DNA of 64,000 nucleotides from Psilocybe cubensis (Eukaryota): NCBI GenBank assembly GCA_017499595.2, contig CM039002.1, positions 1,922,001 to 1,986,000 of the forward strand, read 5' to 3'. Shown piece by piece: positions 63,692 to 64,000 of this stretch (position 1 is its first letter; each line of letters starts with the position of its first letter). The notes under the pieces were generated by a model. It saw only the letters and a program-made list of their open reading frames with translations, ran no database searches and was not told where the DNA came from. The position numbers and the translations under genes were made by a program.

Positions 63692-64000
63692 GGTGGTTGG
63701 AGTTTCAAGAAAGACAAGTGGCACAATCAGACCGCATGCATACCAAAAAGGAATGACTATTGCTAAATGCTATGTAGGAGTACATTGTAGGATGCATGCT
63801 GCTATGGCGAATAACACCAATACGGTGTCGATGAAAGGCGCCAGCGCACTGAGAATAAGTAGAAATCATGCGAAAAGCGTGTACCCGAATACTAGTTATC
63901 CAATCCAATGCGAAAAGAAAAGAGTATCATGATGAAGAGTGCTTATCCGGGAGAACTACGTAAAAAAAGGGAGACATAGACAAGAAGGAATGCGGGTGTA

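Overview
Intron-rich, gene-dense fungal nuclear DNA. Short GT-AG/GC-AG introns of about 50 nt, micro-exons and DUF6533/DUF6534-type membrane proteins point to a mushroom-forming basidiomycete (inference). About 26 protein-coding genes can be reconstructed by hand-splicing: a fungal-specific transcription factor (5' truncated), DnaJ, CobW/COG0523 GTPase, CWH43, a SAM-like hypothetical, Serinc/TMS1, DUF6533, YhhN, DHDPS-family aldolase, MGM1, SCP2, GMC oxidoreductase, a candidate gasdermin-like protein, DUF6534, MAF1, CorA-like, PHO84, APC6/CDC16, a hypothetical, NOP15, DCG1-like racemase, NPR3, an NAD-dependent epimerase, a cytochrome b5/acyl-CoA dehydrogenase, a sugar porter and a macro-domain protein. 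I found no supportable rRNA, tRNA, CRISPR array or intact transposon. The most notable observations are (1) an unassigned, highly base-paired ~310-nt element between MAF1 and the CorA-like gene, (2) a candidate gasdermin-like cell-death protein, (3) micro-exons of 4-14 nt that encode conserved functional motifs, and (4) clustered PacC/Rim101-type and GATA-type promoter sites. All gene identities rest on motif recognition only; no searches were run.
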